From NCBI RefSeq assembly GCF_964204645.1, contig NC_134026.1, positions 15,410,150 to 15,474,149 on the forward strand: a DNA stretch of 64,000 nucleotides, given 5' to 3'. The position numbers and the translations under genes were made by a program. Position 1 is the stretch's first letter. Every line of letters starts with the position of its first letter. This DNA is from Tubulanus polymorphus (Eukaryota; Animalia; Nemertea). The notes below the pieces were generated by a model, which saw only the letters and a list, made by a program, of their open reading frames with translations, was not told where the DNA came from and searched no databases. Positions 1-12,099 of this stretch are shown piece by piece.

Positions 1-155
1 CGACTTAGTGATCGATTCAGAGAACATTTACGCGCTATTCGACAAATCATCCCCACTAACCCTATTTGTAAACATTTCAACTCGAACGGTCATGATATTA
101 ATGATGTAACAGTAATGGCTTTAGTAACAATTAATAACACACAAACGAAGAATTA
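1..155 (+). mobile_element. Penelope-like element remnant: C-terminal part of a GIY-YIG endonuclease
   Basis: Frame 1 reads RLSDRFREHLRAIRQIIPTNPICKHFNSNGHDINDVTVM, the R-F-x-EH...HFN-x-x-GH pattern of PLE GIY-YIG domains. Confidence 0.7.
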
Positions 156-247
156 AAGAATCCCAGCTCAGCTACCATGCCTTAGTGATGAAAATATAAC
201 CGTTTCATATTGATGCTGTCATGATATATCCTTTAATTTCTTTTTAG

Positions 248-304
248 GAAATCAATGAATTGAAAAACATAGAGGAACCTACTCCTGGAGATGTAGTCAC
301 GTTG
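248..304 (+). CDS. SMC6: SMC6 internal exon (EINELKNIEEPTPGDVVTL), coiled coil; upstream exons lie outside the window
   Basis: Acceptor ttttttag, donor gtatga; 57 nt, phase 0/0; resembles vertebrate SMC6 EIRELENIEE...DIATL; splices in frame to the next exon. Confidence 0.85.
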
Positions 305-1559
305 GTATGAAATTTTTTCAATGCTCTAGTTTAGTTAAACTACTTTGAAAAAAATCCTCCACCAAGTCCTACCTCATATGTGTGTATACAAAATCTCTAA
401 TTTTGTAATTATTGTATAATGTTATGTATGATAATGTTGCCTATCACCGGTAACCTTTTACCAAATCTTCAAGATGTATTAGTGCTGTCGATAAGGCCCA
501 GTAAGCAGTAATTTTCACGCCCCAAATGTGTCTGCTTAACAATCCAAAAAAGATTTGGAGCGCACTAGGTACCGAAGATTACCAATAACATACTGTGACC
601 TGACTGAACCAACTACAAAAGTGAGAACGTTTTTGCTGTGATTCATTGAAATAGATTGACAAAAAACAGCTGACTGACCAACTGTTGATGTATGTGCTAT
701 ATATGTACATAGGATGTACTTAAATCAGTGTGAAAACGTGTCGTGATGCGTGGCCAATTGAAAGTTTTCCAGGAAACTGGCTACGTACCAACAAGCTACT
801 TATCATTCTTGTGACTACGTTAAAGCTGGTAATGCGAATATAATCGATGTATTGTTTCATTTTGAAACCATAGATGATGCTCTAGATGAAGTGAAAGCTG
901 TGAAATTCCCTTTCTCATTGAGTTTCCCATAAAATTCCAATTGAAGCTATAAGTAATACTCTGGTAAAATAGGCCCCAGAACTGCTCTAAATGCTCCTGA
1001 TCTCAAAAAAGATCTTCCCCCTTGCACTCTCCAATTCGGCACCTTTGGTGGGTCATTGTGAGGCTAGCGCTAGTGCTTGGTAAGAGATCTTTCATCACTT
1101 ACCACCCCAAATCGAGGTATTACCACCTCCCCATTTTCTCATGAAAAGGACAGTGTACTATTCAGGGTCAGGTTATTTCAGTATAAGAAAATCGTGATAA
1201 TTGGTTTTTGTCAAAATAAGTCAATGATTTCAGTAACGATTTGTTGTTGAATTGAAAAACTACACCAGTACCTGCGGCGGCCTGCGCTGCAGTCAATGGA
1301 TGATGACAATGATGATATTGAAAGCTATGTGTATTTTGTAAACGCAGTTAATTGCCAAATTCAAATCAAATCGGATAAGTGACCTTGATGTGCTGAGCCA
1401 TGTGCTTGAATTGTAAATTCAATCAAATTTCAATCTACGAAAGTTTGAACCCAATTTAATTTTAATTTGTTGAACAAAACATCAAATTCAGTATTATTCA
1501 TCATTCAAATCGATAAGACAAAGGGAGAAGATTGATCTTTGGTATTGGATTCTGTGGTC

Positions 1560-1990
1560 CAGGGATGAAAATCTTCCACGGAAACGCGGATTTCCGTGGT
1601 TAGAGGTCCATTTCTATCATCCTTGAGATTGGTGTAGATCATTGAGAAAATGATTGGGGTGGGGGGTTAAGGTCATGGGGAAAAGTTGAGCTTCAATTCA
1701 TTCAACAAAGCATAGCCTACGTGCTCAATAAAAGTAGTCATTGTTTTAATACAGGCACAGTGCCCTCTGTTGAGTGATAGGAAGATTATAGATAGGGGCT
1801 CTTTAAGTATGAACATGTTCTAGTGTTTTGTATATAATCGGACCCATCCTTTTCATTTACTCAAGGCAATAACAACTAACAGCCAACCGCTTGGCTTCGG
1901 CGCTCACGGCCCCTGGCTTGGCCAACACTACTAAGCCTTATACTTTCTAATATTTCCGCGTTTTCCAAACGCCTCTGTTTTCATCCCCTG
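1560..1990. mobile_element. Putative hAT-like MITE
   Basis: Terminal inverted repeat cagggatgaaaa ... ttttcatcccctg, with ttccgcgg-like subterminal motifs; no TSD recognisable. Confidence 0.45.
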
Positions 1991-2091
1991 TAGACACCTA
2001 GTGGCATGGTGTCCACAGTTTTTTGCAGAAATTGTGATGTTGTATTATTTGATCTCACTCAGAAAATGTTTTGTTGTCTGTTATGTTTAAG

Positions 2092-2262
2092 GAGGAAGAG
2101 GTTCAAAAGTACAACCAACAGATAGATGATTTGGAGCAACAAATTCATGCGAAGAAGCAAATAATGAATCAGGCTAAAGAAGACTTTGATCAAGCGTCTG
2201 AAACAGCTACCAAAATTGATGCTGAAATTAAATCAATTGCTGATCTTAGCGATCCAGTTCGG
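2092..2262 (+). CDS. SMC6: SMC6 exon (EEEVQKYNQQ...IADLSDPVR), coiled coil
   Basis: Acceptor tttaag, donor gtgaga; 171 nt, phase 0/0; heptad-like sequence; lies within ORF 2071..2277. Confidence 0.9.
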
Positions 2263-2282
2263 GTGAGAATTTCTTGATGGAT

Positions 2283-2489
2283 TTTTATTGGGTTCACTTT
2301 TTCATCAGTCTGTTCGGCTGTCCATAGACGGAATGCAGTTATTTTTGGGAAGTTTTGAAGAGGCTTCAATGGATTGTCCTCATCTTTGGTTTATCCGTGC
2401 ATAGGGGGGCGTTGAATATTGAAATTGTTAGATTGTTGAGCATTTGGAACCACTTCCCAAGTGGGCATGGTGTCCCTGGACCCCTAGTT
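2283..2489 (+). mobile_element. Internally deleted copy of Helentron/DINE-like family A
   Basis: 5' part resembles gtagacggaatccagttattttgggaag; intact 3' end ttcccaagtgggcatggtgtccctggacccctagtt. Confidence 0.8.
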
Positions 2490-2832
2490 TCCATAACCAG
2501 CACTTATTAATCTTTTTTGAGTCTTGATCTTTCACATATGCTTGTATCCCCTATGGTGAACCAGCTTGAGAAAAATTAGGTCGATTGGATTGTTTGTCCC
2601 CAGAAAGATAATTTGGACCTGAATTATGTGATTTGTAGCTTCCATCCAAATGGGTTGCCATTTTTCATGGAAATTTGTGATGGTTATACTCTGGGAAGGG
2701 ATCTTAAACATATCGGTTCTAGATCTTTTGATCAGTTTAGCTTGATGCAATTGGCAGCCATATTAGTGTCATCTGTCCTCATTTGTAGATAGAAGAGGTT
2801 TTTTGAGAAAAATGTCGACTGGTTTTAACTTA

Positions 2833-3422
2833 CCGTAAAAACCGGCGTATAAGTCTACGCGGCGTATAAGTCGAGGTCGATTTTTAGACCTACATTTTAT
2901 GATTTTAACATATATCCGGCTTATAAGTCGAGTCCCTTCTCTTAGAAGAATAATTACCAGTATCATTGTATTGAATAGTTTGTTTTGATAACGATGTGTG
3001 CCTTCACGCACGCCGCCGCGCGTCAGCCTGATTGCTGCAGTGCGTTAATCAATAGACTGTTACACACACTCAGGTATAATACACTACCATACAGTGATAC
3101 AGTAGTATGAGTCACACGCTATATATAGCCTAATGTATTAAGCGCTGCTATGAGCGCGCATATATGAATACATCGTTTTAAATGAAGCTGTGTCAAAATG
3201 AAAGAAGTTTTTTTCATTAAATAACTTTATTTATCATGAATAATTATTCAAACTGTTATAGCAGTAAGAAGATGAACACTGTCTTTTTTGTCTGGTAGAA
3301 TCAATATTTCTTGTGACCTGAAAATACGTCGTAGAAAACTGTACTCGGCGTATAAGTCGAGGTCAATAATTTAGTGGTAAAATCAAGGGTTAAAAACTCG
3401 ACTTATACGCCGGTTTTTACGG
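2833..3422. mobile_element. Tc1/mariner-pogo (Tc2-like) MITE, 590 bp
   Basis: TIR ccgtaaaaaccggcgtataagtc / gacttatacgccggtttttacgg, TA on both sides, repeated internal ggcgtataagtcga motifs; partial inverted sister end at ~3604-3675. Confidence 0.88.
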
Positions 3423-4529
3423 TATTTATAGTCTAGCTATTTGATATATGTTATCATTGTCATAGGATTCATCTCCTTACGTGGGATTGGGGTTACCCAG
3501 TCTTTAGCCCACTTGGGACTTGAGCCTTAGAACTTGTGGAATTCGGATAAGGTCGGATCAATGTGCATTCATCCTTTACAGTGTCAGACAGTCGCTACTC
3601 TTTACCGTAAAAACCAGCATAAGTTATTTCAGCCCTCATTTTACCACTCATTGACCTCGACTTTACCGAGTAGGATCTTCAATCAAAGTTGCAAGAAATA
3701 TTTGCTCCAGTAATAAAGGATTTAACAAAAAAATCGGACATGAAATTTGGATATGATAATACTGATAGTAAGCTTAGATGATTTTAGAATTTTCAGTTTG
3801 TTACGATTAATAGAAAAAAAGTTTTCTAACCCCCAAAATTATGCACTAGGGAGCTGCAACTGTCTTGTTCATATATTTTTATGACTGTAGGTGTCCTGTT
3901 ACTGTAACTGCGCCGTGTGTGTGCGCTGTTTCACTGGATAGCTCCACCCAGCTTGTCATTCAAAGATTTGAAAATTTGAAGAATGCACTAAGTAAATTGC
4001 TAATTTATACACAAAGGGGGGCTTAAACCATAATTAAATTTAAACCATAGAAATAAATATGTTGCACGTTCACACATATCCTTGACAAAAAGGAGGGTCC
4101 AAATCGGTTAACTGACTGAGATAATGGGGAAACACTAGTTTCAACTGCTGGAGCTCTTCACTGCGCCGTGGGTCCAGAGATACTGCCATGTCTGACAGAT
4201 GATTGCCCTTTTATACTGGACGTCGGCCTTAAAGGTTTAGTCTGTGAACAGCTTTAAAACACCCGTGTTGAATCATGGATGTCAAGCATGGCCAATTTAC
4301 TTTTCATGGGTTCTTGGCGATTATGCCGAGAGCAGGCTGTATCCAGTGGCCATGGTAAGTTTACTAACTGACGTTTTACCTTGAGGTTAAAAAACTGAAA
4401 TTAGTTGTACTTTAATCAGGGTGCCGTCTATTGGGAGTCAACGCTGTGTGTAAAATTCATTATCATCATATGGATCATTGGACCTTTATTTCATTGATAA
4501 ATGAACTTGGCTTAATTTGGGTGTTTTAG

Positions 4530-4667
4530 GATGAACTTGCTCAATGTGAAGATACCGTTGATACAGCAGAGCGTGAGAAAAGACATTATGATACCAAGAA
4601 AAAAGAACAAGAGAAAAAAATTAAAGATATTCGTACACGTCTGGATAAGGGAAGAGAATGTCTCGCT
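4530..4667 (+). CDS. SMC6: SMC6 exon (DELAQCEDTVDTAEREKRHYDTKKKE...RECLA)
   Basis: Acceptor gttttag, donor gtaagt; 138 nt, phase 0/0; KRHY motif as in SMC6 KRHYEEKQKE. Confidence 0.9.
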
Positions 4668-5582
4668 GTAAGTTTTCACAATTAGTATGAATGAAGATGG
4701 CAATTGGTGACCATTTTTTGCCACAATCGCTGCTTTTTGCAAAATTCTGATGTTTTGAGGGGAAATCTTAATGACCCTTTTGTGATTTTTCTTGATCTTT
4801 CCCATGTATATGTATCCTTCATGCGCCCATCATCAAGAAAAATTGGTTCGACTGAAAACGAGGTGGCTGCCTTGTAACCATTTTAGCCACTGAGGTACAA
4901 GAGGGATCTAACTGGCGTGTCAGCATTGTGTCATGTAGGTTTACCGCAAACCAAAGCACACCCTTTTTAGCGACAGCTTCGCTTGTCTATTGCCATGGCT
5001 TTGCTGCTAAATAAAATGCCTTAGGTGAAATTTCATTAAACTGTTGCTGAAACAAATTTACATTCAAACATGCATTTTCATCTTAAACTAGCAAGCATCC
5101 TTTTACTCTTCGATAACCTCGAATAATGAGCTAAGTTTATGCCATTCTTTAAATAGCAAAAATAGCAGTCTTTTCACTGGAAGTGGTTTTTATCATGTAA
5201 CATGTGCATACATGTCTTTTATGTACATGTAAATGTGATACATGACGACCACCTGTGATCAACAGGTATCTAGGAGGTGTCTAAAGGGAAGCCACCACCA
5301 GTGCGCGCTCAGGCTGGAATACTTTTTAATGCTCGCTGATTGGCTAAATAGACAAGTATGTTGAAATCTAAAAGAAATTATGTTATTATTTAACAATCCA
5401 GGCCTTTGTAATGAACAGTGAAATTAGACAAGGGAGGATGACGAAAGATTCGAAAAGTGGGGTTTAATACATGAGGAACCCCACCGTTTGTCAGCGTATC
5501 ATTAACAAATCTATTGCGAGTAAATAGGGCAAGTGGCAGCCAGTCAATGTAATCTATCATAAAAGTATATCAAGTTATACTG

Positions 5583-5603
5583 CACAAGCTCTTCTTGGGA
5601 ATG

Positions 5604-5669
<66 letters not shown>

Positions 5670-5689
5670 ATTCCCAAGAAGAGCTTGTG
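5583..5689. repeat. Palindrome: (AT)n microsatellite flanked by a perfect 23-bp inverted repeat
   Basis: cacaagctcttcttgggaatgtt-(at)n-a-aacattcccaagaagagcttgtg. Confidence 0.92.
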
Positions 5690-5943
5690 TGACAAAACAG
5701 TAGGTGCGTTATGAATCACGCTTTTATGTGATGTTTTACACATCAAAGTACACCTCCGGATCTAACCCGTGGAATGTAGTCAGGAGCCATTCGGGGAGGT
5801 TTTAGCTACAGTGCTAGCTTTTTAGCTTTAGTTTGAAAGGCTTATTTTCTTTGTTGTGCCCAGATGAACGATTATGTTGCCTTTCATGCCTATCAATCTT
5901 AAAGCGATCTGCTTTTAATTAATTTTTTGTATTGACTTTTTAG

Positions 5944-6059
5944 AAAGATATAATGATGGCTGAAGAAATTTGTCCTAGAATTAATACACGCCGTACTGCT
6001 CAGAACTTAGAAAGTGAAATCAACCAAATACAAAAGAGGATTCTGTCAGAGGAGAAGAA
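5944..6059 (+). CDS. SMC6: SMC6 exon (KDIMMAEEICPRINTRRTAQNLESEINQIQKRILSEEK)
   Basis: Acceptor ctttttag, donor gtaggt; 116 nt, phase 0/2; ICP-RI motif as in SMC6 QICPERIEV. Confidence 0.9.
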
Positions 6060-6104
6060 GTAGGTGTATTTATTGAGCTTTAATTTGGTGTGAGGATCAA
6101 GGTA

Positions 6105-6604
6105 CAAAGTTGCCACTTCTCCGGATTTCTCCGGAATTCCGGATTTAAAAAAAATCCAATTTCATTTCCGGATTTTCGGGAGAAGTCAAATAACCACAAA
6201 AGAAAACATCGCGAAAATAATAAAATCAATTCGGGATTCGACCCTAAACATCAAAACGTGACGGCTCCGTAGAGTGTTCGAAAAAGCCGTATTGTGCTGC
6301 CACGTGGTGGCAACAACCCCGCAGTACACGATTAAACCATGATGACGCGACGATCGAAATCGACTGACACTTCATTTGTTTTTGGCTCTGGTTTATATAT
6401 GAGGTGTATTTGACGGAAGCAATCGCTATTTGAAAAACTGATCTAAAGGCGGTAGTGAAAGTGAGGCCTATAACGCGTATTGCGCCAGAACGCATCTCCT
6501 GGCGTTCTAATTTCAAAAATTTTTCTGGGGGAGGGCCCTCAGACCCCCCCCCCCCCCCCCGACTTATTTTCCGGATTTTTAGCTTCACATAAGTGGCAAC
6601 TCTG
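6105..6604. mobile_element. hAT-like MITE with 6-bp TSD, copy 1
   Basis: TIR caaagttgccactt / aagtggcaactctg; aaggta on both sides; tccgga subterminal repeats; highly similar copy at 47868-48348. Confidence 0.9.
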
Positions 6605-7899
6605 AAGGTAGGTAAGCTGTCCATGCCTATTGTATACGGAGGTGAACAGCTTTCAAAAATGGCTGCCAGGTCAGCCATCTTGAATTTCTAGTACAAAACG
6701 GCCTGCAATTATTGATGCAATTTCATGATACTAGGTGTAAGAATTTTGGTAGGTGAGATGTCTACCCATTATTGAAAATTGAGTTCAAGTATGGCAGCCA
6801 GGGTTGCTATCCATCTTGGATTTCTTTTCTCCACGATACCTACACCAATTCTTTATGCATTTTTTCATGTAGTGTGATCTTTGGGGCAGCTAAAATGGGC
6901 TTGTCTTTTCATGTAAGGATATATTAACAGACAATGAACATTATCTCCACATAGCCTATACTAACTATTTTAAAACTTGTTACATCCTTACACTGTCAAT
7001 CTTTCTGTAAAACTTGCAATACTGGACGTATCGGCCCCACTCCGCGCGGTATTTACGCGAAGCAGCAGAACACAAACATGGCCACTCTCTCAATTTTCAA
7101 TGATAGAAATTGTGTGTGCATTTCAATTATTTCGGCTGTTAGGGTTTTAAGGCACAATATAAGTTGATGATGTGATATGGCGATGTTAATTAATGATAAT
7201 TCCGCAGTGAAGCTAGTCACGAACGGTGCCGATTGAGTGTACAGCTGCCAAAAACACAGATGTGCGTAGTTGCGTAACTATTTGCAGTGATAGTATATTG
7301 CAGACGAAACATGAAGCCTTAACGGCCGTTTAAAAAAAATTATACCAATCGCAATTGTAAAATAAAAATGAGATAGAACCTAAGTTAAAATTCTGGCCAT
7401 TTCTAAAATGTTATTTCTAATTTTTAGTCAGTGCGGAACGTTTAGTTTTCCAACAATATTGAGGGGTGGTAGGTAGTCATGCAATTCAAGTCATCATTTA
7501 TTACACGTTACTTCCGTGTTGTTGAAAATCTCGCAAGTCCTGGACCAAACCCCAATGAACAATGTGATCTGTGTGCTGGCCACAAATGCGCACAGATCAC
7601 ACTACACTACCCATTACACTCTCCAGTACCCACAGCTTTCATATATCCATCCAAATATTTAGTGTCTTTCTTCCTGGATTATTCTTCAATTGCGTCATGA
7701 AGGTTTAAGGCCCATGGGCCTCTTGTTATAGCAGTGAAACTCATGACTGAAGCCTGTATAGGCAAGTTATGTGACCACACAGAAACGCCTTAATAAAGTT
7801 TAAACCATTTCATGATGACACGAAATATCAAATTGTAAATGGTACTGTCCAGCCATGTTACGATTTCACCGATTACGATTTTATTCAATTTCACCACAG

Positions 7900-8390
7900 T
7901 TATTTATTTGAGGAAAAGACTTTTAAGATCTATTCCATACAAACGTGGTTAGAAAAATATCGGATCCTCATTACGTGGTTACAAAATATGCCTAAAGACC
8001 AATACGATATGAAAATACTTAGTTATTCAGCCGTTCAACGCCACTGGTGACCATATACAAAATCAATGACATTGAAACTCACCATTATCATATAACATGT
8101 CACATGCTACTATTTTGAAATTCATTGTGGTTACAAAATATGCCTCGGTACCAATACAATATGAAAAAAGCAAGTTATTTAGCCATTCAAGACCCCTGGT
8201 GACAATATATAACAACCTATATAACAACCAATGACCTGGAACCTCTTCAAAATCATAGAACATGTCACAAGCTCTAACTTTGCAATTCATTGTGGTTTAA
8301 AATATCCAATGGTACCAATACAAATAGGTATATTGCATATGATTTAATATTCAACTCCCCCTGGTGGCGAGAACAAAAACCTAGGTAACC
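7900..8390 (-). repeat. Diverged reverse-strand array of family-A ~154-bp units
   Basis: Repeated gtggttacaaaatatgcc...ccctggtgaccatatacaaaa motifs, reverse complement of the family A unit; boundaries approximate. Confidence 0.7.
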
Positions 8391-10523
8391 TCAATTCCAC
8401 ATGATGAGAAGGAAACAATGGCACGGATACTATACATGCCATGATTCGTCCGTATTTAGGGTTTCTGCTGCTTTCTGCTGCTGCTAACAGCTTATAAACA
8501 TAATTTTCAATTATGATAAATATATCTTAGCGCCTGACCATTTAGAATTTGCGTATAGTAATTTATGATAAATTAATCCCACGTAATTACCGGGTCTAAA
8601 CAGCGACAAGAATGACTCAAAGAATCGTCATCCATTGATAAAAGTGCACCCCGAAAAGCTTAAAATTTACCGGACGACCTTAAGTGTCAACCCAACCATA
8701 AATCACGGATTCGGATAGACAATCAGTCTGAATCCGTCATTTCCCGCAACCAATAACTACAGCCGGTGCACAACAAGTGTCTTATTAATGAAAAAATATG
8801 GCGGATGGTTGAAATCATTTTGGGCTTAAATTAATCGCTAGTTTACGGACTTAAATGAATTTCATGAAACTATGATCCTTTAAATGAGTCAATTGATTAA
8901 TTCTATTCGTAAATCAATTCACGTTGGCTACATTTCCTGAAGAATTCTTGCTCAAATCAACGTTATATGGACAGAAATGGTAGGAATTTTTTGATGGAAT
9001 TTTACTCCCGCGTTCACTCGACGACTCAGATCGAGACACTGACAGCAGAGTTTATATAATTTAAGGTGAGAATCCGTTAACCAGGGAATGTTTTACATGA
9101 TTTCTTTATGATATGAGCACATATAGAGCAAATGAGTACTTGGTGAAGCAATGATCAGTTGGCTACCTACTTAAGGCCTTGGCCTTTGTGGGGATACGCC
9201 TTGAGTATCGCTAACTAAAAACTTGAAGCGAGAGATTTTTATTGCAAATGAACTAGAACATGGCAGATTTAGGTTCCAATTTCCGGTTCATCAAGCCATC
9301 AAACGAGTAATTGAAGAACTTGAATTTGTCGATATCCCGTATTGCCGCGATGATTGCTGATTAGATTTCGATGATGTTGTTCACCGAAATCAGCAGATTT
9401 TACACATCCATGAAGTGTTCAAGGAAAACCTTACAGATGCATCAATCAGGTGGCGCCTATACATTACAAAGATAACATTCTGCGCCTGAGATATTAAGAT
9501 CCGTGGATTGCTTGTTAAAGTTCATCAGAGACTTGTTATGGAGTAAACTGAATAGCCCTAAAATACCAACTCCACCAGGCTTAACGGTGATCTGGGAGAC
9601 AGTAGTAATAGATTTTTCACGATAAACGAAAGATTTAAATTGGTCACCTGAAATTTCTATTATAATTTCTTTCGCTCGTGTATGATATTATATAACTGAG
9701 TGATTATTACTGCTTAATTACAGGTGGAAAGAGGTCAGATGGCATGAAAATCGACTGTGGCTAACTAATTGGTGGGGGTAGATAAAGCGTTGAGGTTTCA
9801 AAAGGTGTGGCCAAAATGCTTGTATCATCAGGGGTAGACAAATTATCAGAAGATTAATGGAAACTTCACCTTGTTGATTGTCAGTTGATTTTGCTGTAAT
9901 TATTTTGTCTTGATAAATCGACACATAGGCCTAATTCATTTCAAAATCAGTGTTCAGTAGATTTTCTTTCAATAAAATAAAAATTTATTTGACTAATTTT
10001 TATGTATCCAAGATTGAATCAAGATTGCAACTGAGATGTAAACAAGTTAGACTGTATTGCTTCAATGCTTTGACGAACTGGTGGTAGCCCTTATGGATCC
10101 ACATATCCAGCATATTGTTGACCCAGATTTCGCTTCTTGGAAATAGTCATATGTTATGGACTGATTAGCTCAGTAGCCCTACAAGACGCTTGTATTGATG
10201 TATGGTTTAACTATGTAACTCATATGGTTCTCCAGTAACGCTACCTATAAAATGCTGGATAAAGCATTTTCATCTATATTGACTTCTAAGCATATAAATA
10301 GATTTCTATACAAAGTGGTTCACATGTACCTGGAAATACTAAATACAACGAACCCCGCACATAATTAGTTCCTATTTTAACCACTAGTGGGCGAACATTT
10401 TGAACACTATAGAACGATAACCACACTCAAACGTGGTGAACGGATAATAAGATAAAACCCACTATCTACAGATTAAAAGAATTTAAAAACAAGAATTTAT
10501 TTATTCAATCTAAAATATATATA

Positions 10524-10566
10524 AGACACGATGTTTCGATCTCACCCTAGAGATCATCGTCACCTG
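10524..10566 (-). ncRNA. Broken minimal hammerhead ribozyme in a Penelope-like pLTR remnant (~10440-10575)
   Basis: Minus strand (g)TGACGA-tgatctc-tagggt-gagatc-GAAA-catc-gtgtc followed by AATAAA-rich sequence; first core C and 5' stem I arm are missing at an apparent inversion junction. Confidence 0.55.
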
Positions 10567-10759
10567 ACAATGATAAAAAAAATACTTGCCGGTTAAAGGG
10601 TTAATGATGATTACAGCCAGCTATTTCCGCATGTTTATTCCTTTTCAAGAAAGTAAGCCAATTTGCTTTATTGCTAGCTGTCCATACCATTCTACTCTTT
10701 TTACGAAATACTAGAGATCTAATGAACTGATTTCTGATGATTCTTAAGGTAAACATGAA

Positions 10760-11270
10760 AATATAGCTGCAAAGCAGCGATGACGGGTTTTCTGCAAAGC
10801 CATTCAGGATGTTGGGAATTGTAGTAAATTAAAATACCGATACATAAGATAAAATGCATTGACAGATTTGAACCTATGCAACCACTGTGTAAACTTCAAA
10901 TGTGATTCAGCTTTGAAACCGAACATAGGCGGACATACAATCAACAAGTATAAATTTATTCGACCAGGCATTTATTTTGGCATTCAAACATCATGATCCT
11001 TTATTATCACCACGCTAAAAATGGATCTGTCCTATTAAGAACTCATCTTAAGCACCTGCTGAGTCAATAAGTTTGAGTAAATTTATGATTATGATTTGGA
11101 AGAGATTTAAGAATTTAATCTTTTTATTGAAATATTTGAATAAATACATATATTGTAGTGTAGTTCCAATCAATAAATTATGAATTGATTTGGTCTGGGT
11201 CTCGACCGATGTTGATTTCGGCTTTTATGTTTTACAAATTCTATACTGATGTATATATACTCTATACTGA
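10760..11270 (-). mobile_element. 3' part of Helentron-like family C, partial copy
   Basis: About 500 bp closely similar to 26754-27260; minus-strand end gcagaaaacccgtcatcgctgctttgcagctatat. Confidence 0.75.
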
Positions 11271-12099
11271 TATGTATAAGATCCCTTCTCACAGTATAAG
11301 CATCATGAATTTCAATGAAATTAGCAATCCATTCAGAACTACAGGTCTCAGTTTTCGGGGCAAAAATAACCTTTTTGGGCACAATAAAGGTCACACGACA
11401 GCCGTCTTGTTTCGGTTATAATCTGTTGAAACAGAACACAAATTTGATATGGCCGCTATCAACGGATTCAGTGGCGCAACCGTACTGTATTCGATAGTGC
11501 TTGGAAGACGCCGCAGCAACCACACGATACTTGCGTAGAGTCAACGTATGTGTAATTTGGTCTGATGTGTCACAGGTATCAGGGGGCATCAGAGGAAACG
11601 ATATCGTGGTGGTTAGAGGTGTCACATTGTCAGAGGTGTCGGGGATATTGGACATTGGAGGATCTTTTTTGCTCCTTGCTCCTTAACCGTTGGCGATAGA
11701 ATTGTGGTTGCAGTGTGTGGATAGTAGCCCTTTACAAGGCACTTGTATTGATGTGTGGTTGGTAACTATGGTTCTCCAGGAGCACCACCAACAAGTTGCT
11801 GAAAGGCATTTTCGTTGATATCTACCCAGTGAATGAAGGGATTTCTATGAAAATTGATGCACATGTTCCTGGATATGAAATACAACGAACCCCTCATATA
11901 ATTAGTTTCTATTCTAACCACTAGGGGGCGTAAATTTTTTTAAATGATTCTTGCGTCCATTTTCTATGTGTAATTCAGTCATTTTATTATAGAAATAAAA
12001 AAAACCTGGTGTGAGTACATATACATATGTTAGTACGCTGACCGACAAGAATAGTTCATACAACCGCCACTAGGGAATGGCAAAAACACTGTATCTTTG

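Noticed and set aside
4512-4805. Minus-strand hydrophobic ORFs here and at 15293-15602 that look like membrane proteins
   Set aside because: Antisense shadows of Lys/Glu-rich SMC6 exons.
6244-6678. 144-aa ORF, and related ORFs at 47818-48359, as a transposase
   Set aside because: Lies in a 500-bp MITE, the frame is not conserved between the two copies, and there is no DDE motif.
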